Shown: positions 11,003 to 25,070 of the stretch, one piece after another | Numbering within the stretch: the stretch's first letter is position 1 | How the letters are laid out: each line of letters starts with the position of its first letter | Source: Tubiluchus corallicola | Taxonomy: Eukaryota > Animalia > Priapulida | NCBI GenBank assembly: GCA_030141605.1 | Contig: JAQGDQ010000200.1 | Location: 310,001 to 374,000, forward strand | Length of the DNA: 64,000 nucleotides | Direction of reading: 5' to 3' | The notes under the pieces: model-generated | The model's input: the letters and a program-made list of their open reading frames with translations, nothing else | What the model was told of the DNA's origin: nothing | The model's database searches: none | Made by a program: the position numbers and the translations under genes

Positions 11003-14000
11003 GGTATTTTTACATTTTACTGACAATGTTTAGCTCATTATGTGGGCTACTTTATATCGGCACAGGTCAAAGATTGGACTATATCGAACTTCAACTGTAG
11101 ATATAAATACGTACATTATTACGTGATATTTCATTAGACTGATTCGTTTTTGATCTTCATCTGCTGCTTTGCAGTGCTATTATCATGCACCCTTGTAATC
11201 TATTTTCAGTGACGCTAGAAACATATTAATATTTCTCAGTATCAGTGAAGTTTATAAAATTCAAATTACGAAATCAATATAATTATCGTTAATAACCCTG
11301 TGTTTCACAAAAATCAGACTGGGTCAGTGAAGGTTCGTACTCTACCACGACTTAAAAACGAGGTCTCCCGCTATAAGGGCTTCACTGAAATTCACTCTAA
11401 CAAGTGTGGTAATGGTGCATTTAAATCAACATTTTCTATTTTCTACGAAAATAGCCCAATTTTGTAAAAAATCATTTGTCTAGCAGACGAAATACGTTTT
11501 CCTTAAAGCCATTCGGTTAACTTTCTTTGGTCACATGATAAGTACGTGCTTTGTAATGACTTTGTATCTGAGCAAACTAACATCGTGGTAATGATTTCGT
11601 TTTCACGGACACGTAAAGCATCTCACTCTATGCAAATGATAAGATTTTTGCACTTTGGCTGAATTAAGTAAAAATAAATCAATTGCTAATTAGTACCGTA
11701 CAGAAAAAACCGGGTAAATTTTATCATTTTTTTAATAACAAAAGGGAAAAGAAAACAATTTGGTTTCTAGGGACGGTAATGATCGGTGTTTGACTGATTT
11801 GTAATGTCACAGAAATTGAGGGCTGCTACGAGAATTGTCATAAATATGTAAAATAAATAGAATATGTTTATTCTGATATTCTAAGTGTTAGTTTTAGTTC
11901 AAAAATGTCAGCATAAAAAACGAAATATTTCGGGATTTAAAATCTACTGTTTTCAGAAATCCCCTCAGATAGGCCTTAAAGGGGGATTAATGGCACAACC
12001 TAACACTGAATTAGTTACTCACCACCTCGCTACCCAACCATCGTGCTATCCACCACTAACAATAAGCAACCACTGCTCAATAATGCGCGAAATTGTAGTG
12101 GTGCTCACTTTCGATTCATTATTTTCTGAAATCCACTCCGCCCGCACTTCTAATCCTTGTTGGCTGTTTATCTACGGCAATTTATTAATGCGAGCGTTTA
12201 CTGGAGTTTGATAGAGCCGAAGAGTTGTTCATAATTAAACCGAATATTTTAGACGTATTCATGGGCCGAATCGATTGCTTGTCGTTCTCGGAAGATTGGC
12301 CGATGAGATATTGTAGGCGAGCAATTGCCTTATTGATTGTTACATGCCTTTCTGAATTAATGCGACAAGGAGAAAAATTTATAAACTGAACATTTATTTG
12401 TATAATGTCTAAACAAGATAATTTAAAAAGACAGGATAACTAATGTAAATGAAAACAAGTAAGTGTTAGTTAAAAATGTACTAGTCCATAATGATTCTTT
12501 TTTGTCAATCGACGGCCTCATGTGCGGTTGGTACAATACACTATGTGGTTACTAACTATGCTTAAGGATATATTATGTATACATAACTACTAGGCAAATG
12601 TATAACTAACCACTGCTGGAGCTAAAGAGTAAAAACTGTCCCAACGGTTGGTAGCTTATACGTGGCCGGTAGGAACACAAATTAGTAATTTTACCTTACT
12701 GGATGAGTAAATAAGAACTGAGTGAAACACTTGCCGCTGCTTGCAGTGAACCAAAGGTCACAATGCTCTACTTGATTCAGTTGGTTGTGACTGTTCAACC
12801 CGCAAAAATCACGTTTACTCATTGAAACGCGAGAGGAAGTGTGAATGCTTCGCTCGTCTGATTGCTTTGCTTGCAAACATTGCTATGACAATGGATAATT
12901 TGTCAAGAAACTTAACTAAAAGAGAACATAAATCAGTTGACCTTCAAGCTTAAATTCAAAGTCAAACTGTATTTCACCACCACTGCCCACTAATAAACCC
13001 TAACAACATTAGTCGAGTGGAGCGATCGTCAACACTCACCACACATCAGTTAGTATCTAAATGTTTAAACTTGCTTAACTGTTTACGCAATTTTAGTTTA
13101 CGCATGTCATTTACTGTGAGAACTGTAAGAATTTAAGCTTTAAATATTCTTCTAGGCTATTGTTGCTGGTTACGCTGGTGGTGTCTACTTTTTATTTGCC
13201 CAAACGTCTTTGATACGTTAAAAACAATCTACATTCTTTTCTAAAACAAGATTAGTTCGGTTCCAAAGCTAGGCAACACGACTGATTAGTGAACATTTTT
13301 AAAGTGAAAACCATAAAGGAAATAAAAATCTATAATAAGGCAAGCATAGAATCAACCACTCCTCTCAGCGCTTGTTTTACTGATAAATTCCAAGTAAAGA
13401 ACAGTGATTTGATTTACACCGTTACCTTTCAGCATTCCTACATGAAAAATGATGATCAAAGATCACTATTGAAGTAACAATGAATTTCAAAACAGGCCTA
13501 GAATCCGCTTCACCCCTTTGTATTGCGCTTGTTTTAGCCTACTGGTAAACTCGAAGTCTGTAACCTCAACGCCTCTAGTTCGCTTCACACCGTCAGGCTT
13601 CACTACTCCCAATCAAAAATCAATACGAATTTAACAGTCAAAAGCAGACAGAATATGAAAATCATAAAAAAGTAATCTAAAATGCTGTAAAATGTCCATA
13701 CACATTTCAAACGCACTGTCATTTGCTGGTGACATCACCAATGGAATGAAAAACTGCAACCACAAATACATGCAGTAGACGGAAGTTAGTTATGGAAGAT
13801 TCAGTAAGTTATTTATCAAAGAAAGAATTCTATTGTGAACAGCGAACCTAATCTTGATACTCTATAGCTTTATCGCTGTTCTAATACTACCCACCCCTCT
13901 GTCCCATGCCTACCAACTCCTCTGCTGTTATCAATGTGTTCCAGTCATTAGCAGGTGTCTGGACGGTTACAGGTAATCAACTTCTGTCTGTTATAATTAT

Positions 14001-15774
14001 GTACCTTGAATTTGTTATTATAGTTCCCCATTTCACCACTTGTCGTATTTTAAATAAATTTTTGTGATTGTTTTATACTCTGTCTGGTTTCAAAGTTCGC
14101 TTTAAATACGAAGAAAGACCGAGAAGCTGCTACACCTCTCGGTGCTTGTTTTATTGGCAAATTTTAAGCCCAGAACCTTGCGCCAGTGGTTTGATACATA
14201 CTGTTGCTTCCAGCTGATTACTGAAATTTGTCAATTCTTGACTTCGATCCATTCCGGGATGATGCAGGAAGTTATTTCCTTGCCGAGTTTCCTGAGTGAT
14301 GAATTGTAAATGGTAATTCGGAGAAATGAAGTCGTCCTTAGAGACAAATTTTATCGAATAAGCGCTACGACCACTAAAAAAGAGTTGAAAATTTTGTCGC
14401 AGGTTAATTGATTTACATGATGGGTTTTACTGGGCAGCAGTAAAACTTACAAACCTTCGACATATTTGCTTAATGTGATTGAAAACGAATTAATGTTAAG
14501 CAGTGCTTAGTCTAGTTGGTATTTCAATAGGTAGTCGCTCTGCTTTCTAATCGAAGTTACTAATCATGGTTCATTTTATTTGAGAGAACATATACTATTG
14601 GCTGAATTTAGGCTTTAATGTATCATTTCAACAAAACATATCATCCCCAATGGTGCCATGTGTACTGTGTGCGAGGTTTTACTGTTTAAATTAAGCAATG
14701 TAACGCAAACATAATAATTATATATTGTTTCCCAAAACAAATCACACAAGGATAATTATTCGTAATACCGTTAGCTACCAAACTACACAACGTGAAGAAA
14801 ATCTGTCTTGTTGCATTTCTGTAACAACTCTTTACTAGCGCAAAATGAGACTGCAATGGTTCTTACAGTGAATATGTAATAAGCCACTTTAATTTTAAAT
14901 TATTCTTAGTGTGCACATATTGATACTCCACAGATTACGCGGTGCTTTTTGATAAATATTTTAAACTACTTCCTACTGTTATCGCGAGGGATGAGTTTTC
15001 TTAGACTTCAGTTTTCTCTTGACTGAATTTCATTTTCTTAGCTCAGCTTCGGAAAACTTTCTGAGAGCAATTAATGCAAATTTGTACTGGCTTTTAAAAC
15101 TATAATACCGCGCCAGCGCAAGCTATTAACTTGATTAGACGTTGTATTTGCATATTGCAGATTGCTGTAGAGAGAAATTCAGTAACATTTTAGCTCATTT
15201 TATGATGACTGATAGACGTAGCCTTTTCTGTGGGTGCGTATTCGATGTCACAAGGCAAGTTTTGAACGTTATATGCAAACATCTAAACAGACAAAGGACA
15301 CGTATCCACACTACTACTTCCCGAAATCAGCATAACAGCTATTATGGTTTCTGAGTTGTGCATCTAAACCGGTCTTTTGTAAGTTGTTACCCATGACGAT
15401 GAATCAAAACGGGTGAAACTATAATCAACAAAATTGGCACAAGGATATTTGGCTAAGACCTAGAAACCCGTTACTTTTTCACCCAAAAGGTCAAAGCTCA
15501 AGACCAAATATTTCACAGTACTTTTTACGTCACGGTTTGCCTGCTGTGAACGCGACTGGCACCGCAGTAAATATGTGTACATCTACTTTTTACACCGCTG
15601 TACTCTCTGTTCTCATAACTATAATGACGTTTTTAATTTAAAGCCAATTAATTAATTATTAGACGTTTTAATCAGGGTGGCATTGCGTGACACTGTACGC
15701 TGTAATCTCAACAAATTTGTCTTTGAGCTTTTGTATTAAATTAAATACTGACAAAAACAAGTACACTCTCTGTA

Positions 15775-16365
15775 TTTATTGAAGTATATATTTATAAGCC
15801 ATTTACCTATATTAAAATCTAAAAAGAATAAAAAATAAAAATATACATTTATATGCCAAATTATGGGACTATCCTTGGAGAAGAAACAGAGCATCTTCTA
15901 GGACTTTCTTCCTGTCAGCATCCGCATCTCCAAGGCCCAGTTTTCTGCAAAAAATAAATCTTCAAATAATTCATAATCCAGCATCTTAAGGCAATTCTCT
16001 GCAAGCCTAAAGAGCCTGGATAGCTTGCAATCAATATTATTATCCGCCGAGCCGAAATTATTGCAATTGAGTTACTTGTTGCCTAATTGAAATGATCACT
16101 AGTGTCAGTATTAGCTGCGTTGGCGTTCTGTCCCGCAGTACCTTTCATCCGGGGTGGGGGAGGGTTTTGTATCTTCTTGTGTGCAGGGGCTATCATTTCC
16201 GGACACTTTGTATGTTGTGTCGTCGAAGGATTCTCACTGGTGTACATTTCTGTTGTGCTTATCAATAAGCTTGATAATGACATTACTATTACTGTCAGCT
16301 TGCTCAGATCTGCCATGCTCGAATGCTCCTGATCATGAGAAGTTCGAAGAAAGCGTACGTTCCGT
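15775..16365 (-). pseudogene. Unidentified minus-strand gene or pseudogene-like island
   Basis: Candidate acceptor before 16365, ATG 16316 with a signal-peptide-like start (77-aa ORF), further protein-like frames to 15869, and AATAAA at 15780-15775. No family confidently recognised. Confidence 0.3.
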
Positions 16366-18535
16366 CTGTCAGTTTTGAGAACAGGTTGGGTAAACAGTAA
16401 TATCAAGATCTCTTGTTTAAAGCAAACAGTAAAAGCAAATCAGAACATACAATTTGCAACTAAAACTTTAATACCCATATAAAGGACATACCATGTTATG
16501 TAATATTGTAATGTAGCTAACATCATTTAAAACACAACACGCAACTCTGTGGTCAGTGGTCACATTTTGAAATGAAATAGAGCTCACCTAAAATATTAGC
16601 CTAACCAAGATACTGAGAAATACAGGATTGAAGCAACAACAACAACAGTTACAATAAGTTTGTGGTTATTTTATACAATTTACCATGAATTATTCTCGAC
16701 GTAAGCGGCAGAAAACAATGCAGTGACGGGAATGATGACGAGTTGATGCAACGGAACTTGGGACTGGAACTAGCTTTTTTCTAAAAAAGATATCAGAAGT
16801 TGGACTTAGGATTAGTTTTGTAACGGTGGGTTAGTTTCCTTTCTTGCCAGAGAGTTCCTCGTAGTTCTTGAAATTGAAGAACTTTTGTTGCAATATTGAC
16901 AACAGGGCGACGCTAATTCAGATAGCTTGCTGTGTTTGTAACATGCCTTTTACCTGTCGGCTATCACAACCTACAGTCCTATTCTTCGATGTTAAATATA
17001 AACACGTCACTGAACGGAAAATGTTTAAACACCATAAATAATTAAATATAAAATCTATAACTGTACTTGCTGGCATGACAACTCCATTCAACTATCTTCG
17101 GGGCATCATGAAACTTTAAGCGTTATGGATTTTATATGGTACTTACATTTTTTTAAAATGTGTGGCAGACTGCCAAATTGTGAAACTACCCTTCAGACTG
17201 TTGTTTTGTACAACAAAATTCTGCCTTTATAGGAATGAGAACCAGCCGTATTATCGGAAAATTCCGTATTAACTTTTACTCGTGTGAAATTCAAATAGTA
17301 AGATTCTAATTTTCTTGGGATGTGGCACAGTGGCTTAGTTATTTAACTCGGGGTATGGTTCAGAGACTGCACATAATTCGTGCAGATACGAGATGCAGGA
17401 CCGATCTTTCTCGAGCGGATTCTTGGTAAATTACTCCGGCGGGAGAAGGACAATCAGCGGTTCCGGTCAAAAAGGTCGATCAGCAATTTTTCCGTTGTCG
17501 TTTGATAATAGCCTTCACTAACTGACAGAATGCAGATACACATTTGATATGTCAGAACACTTAATAACATCATTACAACTGATACGTTTCCACCAGATTA
17601 TCAATATCAGCGGCGAAGTTTGACCAAATTACATCGTGGAATCAAAAAGTAGTAAGAAAAAAGCAGTTTAATGAGGCTACATGTTGCTAATTATATGTGT
17701 TGCAGTAATGAATCAATTCAAGATGGATAAAAATAAATCGTTGGCTACATTTTGAGCTGGAAATCCCTGATTCTCATAAATCTGCTATTCTGAAATTGTT
17801 GTATTAATTGCAAGTTGTTACTTATGCAAATAAAGTGCATTGTATTCTGGGTTAAGTTTGCAGATTAAAATTGATAAACTACGATAAGCGCTGATTTACT
17901 TCCAAAAAACAATAATATTGTTACGTTACATTTTGCAAGGGAAGATGTGGTACGTGTACTTACTGACTGTGTTACACAAACAACGGGCACGGTCTGCGTA
18001 GTACTGTTCACCTCCCTTCACTTGATTTATTTGCTTTTAATTGATAAAGCTTCACTGCACGTATAAACTAAAAGCTTTAACTGCCGCTCTAATGAAATTA
18101 TTGACCCTGATCAGCGGAACAAGTTGTTTGTAGCCACCCATGAGCGCATCCTGTACCAACTAATAAGATATGTGACAAATTTCTCAATTAGCTAGAAACA
18201 AAAAAGCTGCCACTGTGATGAAGCCAGTGATTTGTTGGCACAATATACTAATGGCTTAACTTCCGGTGATGATGTCAGTCTCGAATAGATTGATCCACTT
18301 TCACACTTTTTGTCACAATTCCAAAGATCAATTATATTTTGGAACTGCAGAGCTTCCTAAATCGTAAATCCACAATTTTTTTAAATAGATTGAAAAGATA
18401 ACTGCTAAACGAGAAACTGAGTGAATGAACGAATAAACGAAGTAGCAAATAACTCAGGTAAACTAAAACTGTAGCAAGCCATCCTGGTGATACTGTCACT
18501 GCTAACCAACGAGCCAACTGACACTAATTGCAAAA

Positions 18536-18712
18536 GATGATAATTAAGACAACTGGAATGATGATGATGATGACAATGATGATTATGACAACGCTGATGA
18601 TGATGATTATGACGATGACGAGGAAGATGACGATGAAGATGATGGTGATAATGGTGATCATAATAATGACGACGACGACGATAATAGTCAATGGCAAAGG
18701 TGACAATGACTA
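18536..18712. repeat. Degenerate (GAT/GAC)n trinucleotide microsatellite
   Basis: Visible gatgatgatgacaat... array. Confidence 0.9.
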
Positions 18713-19614
18713 CACTAGTGACAGTGCTAAAGATCAGAATAATAAAGATGAAGTTGTTCTGCTAAGTAAGTTTGTCTGCCTACCAAGACTGTTCTATGTT
18801 ATGATAGCAGTTTCAACTTTCTGTTCTGCATGATAAAATCCATAGATTTGACTTTATGCCGCCTGCACTGCCCGTCATGCAGTTTGACATGAAACGACAG
18901 TGAATTATAACTTCACATCGAAGCCAGCCGTAATTTAGGCAAATATTGACAGATTCCTACGTCATTATTGTAGTCCTCTTAAGCTTTATTATCCTGATTA
19001 CTTTACAGTTTACAGTATGCTAGTGACTGTAATTGATTTAACGTTGCACTGCGTGCCGTCTGTTCTGTCATGCAGTCTGTCACGATGTTAATCAACGTCT
19101 ATTGTTAGATTTTAAGTATAGTTCATTTCTTCAAAGCAAATTTTAATGATGTTAATGATAATGCTGTGTTCTTATTTCTAAAGAAGCAGCGCGCGGGTTT
19201 TCTTGGCCCATTTTGTGTTGTCACTAACGATAATTAAAAATTTTGGCATTTTTAAGGTGGTGAAGGTATGTGTGTGTGTGTTCTTAGCCAGAGTGACCTG
19301 GCTGCAAACGATGTGGGTTCTGTCTTGTCAAAAAGATGATAAACCATTGTCCTTTTGAGTCATACAGGAAACTAGGAACTCCACTTTTGGAACGTTGTTT
19401 GATTAATTGTCTAATTGTTTGATGGTCTGTTATTAAAACAAGAAAATAGTTTTCCTGACTTTTCAGTTTCCTGTTTGATTTAGAAGGCAATGACTTATTT
19501 TTTGACAGATGGGGACTCATATTATTTGCAGCCATGTGTTTGTGGCTAAGATCATGCACATGTTGCCTTCTCCTTAAAAAGCTCATAATTTTGAATCATT
19601 ATATAAATGAGCCG

Positions 19615-20444
19615 TTGTGTTATATTATATTGTATTGTATTGTGTTGTGTTGTGTTGTGTTGTGTTGTGCTGTGCTGTGCTGTGCTGTGCTGTGCTGTGC
19701 TGTGCTGTGCTGTGCTGTGCTGTGCTGTGCTGTGCTGTGCTGTGCTGTGCTGTACTGTACTGTACTGTACTGTACTGTACTGTACTGTACTGTACTGTAC
19801 TGTACTGTACTGTACTGTACTGTACTGTACTGTACTGTACTGTAATGTATTGTATTGTATTGTATTGTATTGTATTGTATTGTATTGTATTGTATTGTAT
19901 TGTATTGTATTGTATTGTATTGTATTGTATTGTATTGTATTGTATTGTATTGTATTGTATTGTATTGTATTGTATTGTATTGTATTGTATTGTATTGTAT
20001 TGTATTGTATTGTATTGTATTGTATTGTATTGTATTGTATTGTATTGTATTGTATTGTATTATGCTATATTATATTATATTATGTTATGTTATGTTATGT
20101 TATGTTATGTTATGTTATGTTATGTTATGTTATGTTATGTTATGTTATGTTATGTTATGTTATGTTATGTTATGTTATGTTATGTTATGTTACGCTACGT
20201 TACGCTACGTTACGTTACGTTACGTTACGTTACGTTACGTTACATTACATTACATTACATTACATTACATTACATTACATTACATTACATTACATTACAT
20301 TACATTACATTACATTATATTATATTATATTATATTATATTACATTACATTATATGTTGTATTGTATCGTATCGTATCGTATCATTCATATCATATCATA
20401 TCATATCATATCATATCATATCATATCATATCATATTATATATA
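19615..20444. repeat. Compound pentanucleotide microsatellite (~830 bp)
   Basis: Successive blocks of TGTGT, TGTGC, TGTAC, TGTAT, TATGT, TACGT, TACAT, TATAT, CGTAT, CATAT. Confidence 0.97.
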
Positions 20445-20968
20445 ATACTGGTTATCTCGGCCATTCCCAAACTAGCTTCTTTTTTATTATTATACCGTCA
20501 TTGATTCACTTGGACCTTTGGCTGTTTTAGCTGCAGTATTAATAAAGCACAATTTTCTCTTCAAAAACATTCTCTTTCTGGGTCGAGGGGCATTCAGCTA
20601 ACATGGTATTTTATCATCAGCTTTTTCCTTGTCACCTCATATCTTCTGATTGCATTGACGCCTGCACAAGTAACACTCAGCTATAAAACACAAACATTGG
20701 AGACTTTTCCCCATAATGTCCCCAGACAGATTGAATGTTTGCGACATTGATTATTGCAACAGTTATCGGAGGGTTATTATTACAGTGTTGATTGCACAGT
20801 CCACGGATGTCATGCATACTCTTTCCATGTCCCTCTCGCTGTTTCTCTCTTCTATCTTCTCTCTCTCGCTCTCTGTAACTCTCCTTCCTCCACTCACTCT
20901 CTCTTTTCTTCCCATTTCTTTGTATCTCTATCTATGTATCCGCATCTGCTGTCCGTCTATTTGTCTGG

Positions 20969-21480
20969 CTACCTACCTACCTAGGTATCTAAATAATTAT
21001 ATACATACACACCTACCTACGTGCTTACCTACGTACGCACACACCTACCTGCCCACCTTACTACCTACCTACATACCTACCTACCTACCTACCTACCTAC
21101 CTACCTACCTACCTACCTACCTTCCTACATGCCTAACTACCTACCTACCTACCTATCTATCTACCTACCTACCTACCTACCTACCTACCTACCTACCTAC
21201 CTACCTACCTACCTACCTACCTACCTACCTACCTTCCTACCTGCCTAACTACCTACCTACCTACCTATCTATCTATCTACCTACCTACCTACCTACCTAC
21301 CTACCTACCTACCTACCTACCTACCTACCTACCTACCTATCTACCTACCTACCTACCTACCTACCTACCTACCTACCTACCTACCTACCTACCTACCTAC
21401 CTACCTACCTATCTACCTACCTACCTGCCTGCCTGCCTGCCTGCCTGTCTGCCTGCCTGCCTGCCTGCCTATCTATCTAT
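20969..21480. repeat. (CCTA)n tetranucleotide microsatellite with TCTA/CCTG variants
   Basis: Directly visible array. Confidence 0.96.
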
Positions 21481-24352
21481 CCTTCTCTAAGCCTTTCATA
21501 CCTCTCGTTAGGTAAAATAGACGAAATGGCACAACACTGAATTGTACAAGCTACGCCAAACCAAACCAAACAAATCAAATTAAAGTAAGTCACACAAAAT
21601 GTTAACCCCATTAAGATACAATCCTTATTTTCTACTCTTTCCACTCTCCAGTGCTTGTGTTCACTGTTTGTATTTTGTGACACTTGTGTGTCATTCAATG
21701 TAATTGAACGATATGGGGTGACAAGGAAAAAGCAAAGAAGTCTTTTTAACGCAAATTACTATTTGCAAAATTATTGCACCTTGTCCATACAATGTTGACT
21801 TTTTTGCTAGAACTCTGGATGTGGCGTGCTTAATTCTGACTCCCAACCAACCACCCCCCACTCCCCTATGCGGTCATTTCATATGTCACTATATTATATC
21901 ATTATCTTGCATTTGTGTGACAACATTTTCATGCACTCGATAATTCCCCCGCACTGCACATGTGCGTTGCGATACCTCCGCGGGAGGAGGGATTCTTTTA
22001 CTCGCATGTCGCTTGTCACACTGCTTGGCTTCGATACTCTCCAGATATTGTTTGTGCATTGTGCAAAAGTACTATGCTTGTGCACCGGCTTGTAACAGAT
22101 AATAATTCTTGTGCTTTCGGCAATAACAAGTTTCAAGAAAAGTTCTCGCGTCGGAACGTCAGAATTGAATTAGGCCTACTGTTTTGGTCATACTATTTTA
22201 ACAAGTAAGGATTACGTATTGTACTTTCATGTCACAAATGTTTCAACAGTACTAATGTTTTATATAAGTTCAAATTCGCAGTAAATGCTATAGCGATCAT
22301 TTTTGGTTAAGAACTGCAAAGATAATTTTGGAAACATTTTCCGATGTCCTGTTATTTGCACGACTACATCGTAACAAATAGTATGAATTTACTGAATAAT
22401 TTGTTGTTGGTTTAAATAAAAATACGCATATTAACAAAAACAAGTTATTTTTAAAAATAAGATGATGACCACACGAAATTTTTTTAAAAAATTTTATCAA
22501 ATGCTTTTAAATAAATATATTAGGAACATTCAAATACTGAGCAGAATATTTTTTTGTATGCTTGTCTGGTTCACAGTCTTCAGATTTCTGCTTAAATATA
22601 GCGGTAATTTCTGGAAAAGTTTTGTGAGAATTATTATTATTCAGCGAGAGTTCTGTGGCGATTATTATCATTATTATTGAGGCTTAATTAAATATTCACA
22701 AAGAAATGCAAACAAAAATAAAGAACTTTTAAAAACGCTTTAACAATAAATCTGTTAAAAAACAATGGAACAATTTTCTACGATGAACTGGTTGCATTTG
22801 TCATTTATAATAACTGCGTACTAATTTTTTGCTTCTAAGGTTTTCCACTTTTTATAAGAACGAACAAAAGCGTAAATACTTCTTGAACTGAAATACACGT
22901 TTTCACGGCTACTTTGTGTTTATATTTTTCAAAATACCAATGGATTTTTCAGAAAAAGAGCCCCAAAGAACCTTCAGCAATTCAGACGACGCCTAATTGA
23001 TGAAGTCTGCATTTGTTAAGCGCTAATCTATGATATTTCTTTTTTTAGAAAATTGCATTTTAAGTTTTTATTTCAGGTTGTGAAGTTGGAGACATTAACT
23101 AGAGCAGTTAAAACTAATAATTATGGTTCAATGTAAGAGCAGTGACGGATTCAGCAGGAAATTATGACATTTGAGTAGCTACTAGTTGTTGCTGTAAACG
23201 ACCGGGAGAAACACAGGTAAATTCACAGTCGCACACCTGTTGAAAGCCACATTGTGACGACAGTTAAAAAAGATAGCAATTCTAGATGTTCTAGATTCAA
23301 ATGCAATAAGTACGATCATTACTTAAAGTGACAAATCATTGTAGTATAATGCACAGTTGCGGTTTTTTCGCTAGTTATGTTTTGTATTCGGGTTTTGCTA
23401 TTTTTTGCATTATTTTCTTGCTAAAATGTAGTGAAAATGTTTGCATTATTTACACACATAAATAATTAATCACTGATTCTGTACATCGAGCCAGAGAATG
23501 TAATATCCGCTTTACCGAACAAGAGGGCCAATACGCATAAAAAGCGCCCGAGCCCCGATTGTGCTGCGCCAAGCGGCTACGTATGTAGCTAGAAAGTACG
23601 CGACAGCGTCAACAAGCAACTAGAGGTAAAAGATGGGCAGTTAATTCACAAAAAATTAACCATTTTTATGCGCTGTAGTAAGAATCAAGTTGATGTGTTT
23701 AATTATTATATGAAAGTGTGTGTGTGTGTGAGTGAAGAGACAGGGTGGACCGTTGAATGTTACGTACAGTACTGTACTGTACACCGATCTCGGGTATCAT
23801 TACATTAAGATTGTATTTGTTTTCAAATAGTGTAAATTGCGTTATATTTATAAATTAGTTGTCAACAGTATTACTATTGCTGTAATATTTTGTACTTTTG
23901 CTGGAGTTAACAGATTAATTATAAGACTAAAGTGGCCTGGCTTTCTCACACCCTGTTCAGCCTGATGTTTAAAGCATTTTATTTACAATAAGTGCAATTT
24001 CATGACCTGTTGACTGTTGTTAATATTTACACTTTTATTTTTGTAAATATTTGTAAAATGTGAATAAATAAAGAAATTATACTGTTAAAAATAGACCTAT
24101 ATGGGCCCAATATCTCTGTGTAACTGGCCAAAAGTACTCAACGTATCACAGTATGCGTGGCAAATTTAAATAGGCAAATCACAAATACATTTTAGTGATG
24201 AATCTAATGCATAAACCTATGTTTGGCCACAATCAGTGTGCATATAAGTGGACAGAGAAAGAAAATGTAAAGTGAAAAATAAAGATAAAAGAAGTTCGGA
24301 TAAAATATGAAAATATAGTGTAGTGGACAAATTTGAAAGAAAAGGTAGGGAT

Positions 24353-24437
<85 letters not shown>
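24353..24437. repeat. (GA)n microsatellite
   Basis: Directly visible. Confidence 0.97.
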
Positions 24438-24441
<4 letters not shown>

Positions 24442-24792
24442 GGATGGGAGAGAGGTGGCGAAAAAAGAAAGAGAGAAAATGATAGAGGATAGGGAAGCTC
24501 AAAATAAAGGCAAAAAAGTTAATGCAGTCCAAACGTTTGATGGCCCCACAAGGCAATTCTGTGCAAAATCGTTCAGTAAAGTCCCACTGATTTGTTTATG
24601 GGTCTGCTGTTATCAACCGTTTCTTGATGCAAGAATTAAATGCACAATAAAAGTTTTTATAACGTCATTTAATTCAATTTCGGTATCATAAACATTGATG
24701 CATTTGGGCAGAAGTTCTCCAATCGTGTTACTGTATCATTAGATTTACCAAACATTTTGATGCATTTTATTCCTTTCTGCTGCCGTCTCTTG

Positions 24793-24793
<1 letters not shown>

Positions 24794-24847
<54 letters not shown>

Positions 24848-24920
24848 CGCCCTCGCCCTCGCCCTCTCCCTCTCCCTCTCCCTCTCTCTCTCTCTCTCTC
24901 CCTCTCTCTCTCTCTCTCTG

Positions 24921-24968
<48 letters not shown>

Positions 24969-25070
24969 CTTTCTCTTTCTCTCCGTCTCTTTCCCCCTTG
25001 TTCTCTCTCTCTCTCTTTCCTCCCTCGTTCTCTCCGTTTATTTCTCTCTCTCTCTCTCTCTCGCTCTCCC
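24794..25070. repeat. Interrupted (CT)n microsatellite
   Basis: Directly visible. Confidence 0.95.

Noticed and set aside
13870-13975. Possible RTE LINE C-terminal remnant on the minus strand
   Set aside because: Needs several frameshifts to resemble the motif; not supportable without a search.
17320-17375. tRNA-like A-box (TGGCACAGTGG)
   Set aside because: No cloverleaf or intact B-box; SINE debris. No genuine tRNA gene was found in the window.
18212-18300. Two GTGATGA-plus-hairpin units resembling minimal hammerheads
   Set aside because: Both lack the required GAAA strand and the CUGA start.
18524-18833. Met-rich and Ile-rich ORFs
   Set aside because: Translation of (GAT)n.
19534-20530. 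Long ORFs of 103-307 aa rich in C/Y/V/L
   Set aside because: They are translations of a nearly stop-free pentamer microsatellite in all three frames, not a protein.
20716-21540. 274-aa ORF with TYLP repeats
   Set aside because: Translation of (CCTA)n.
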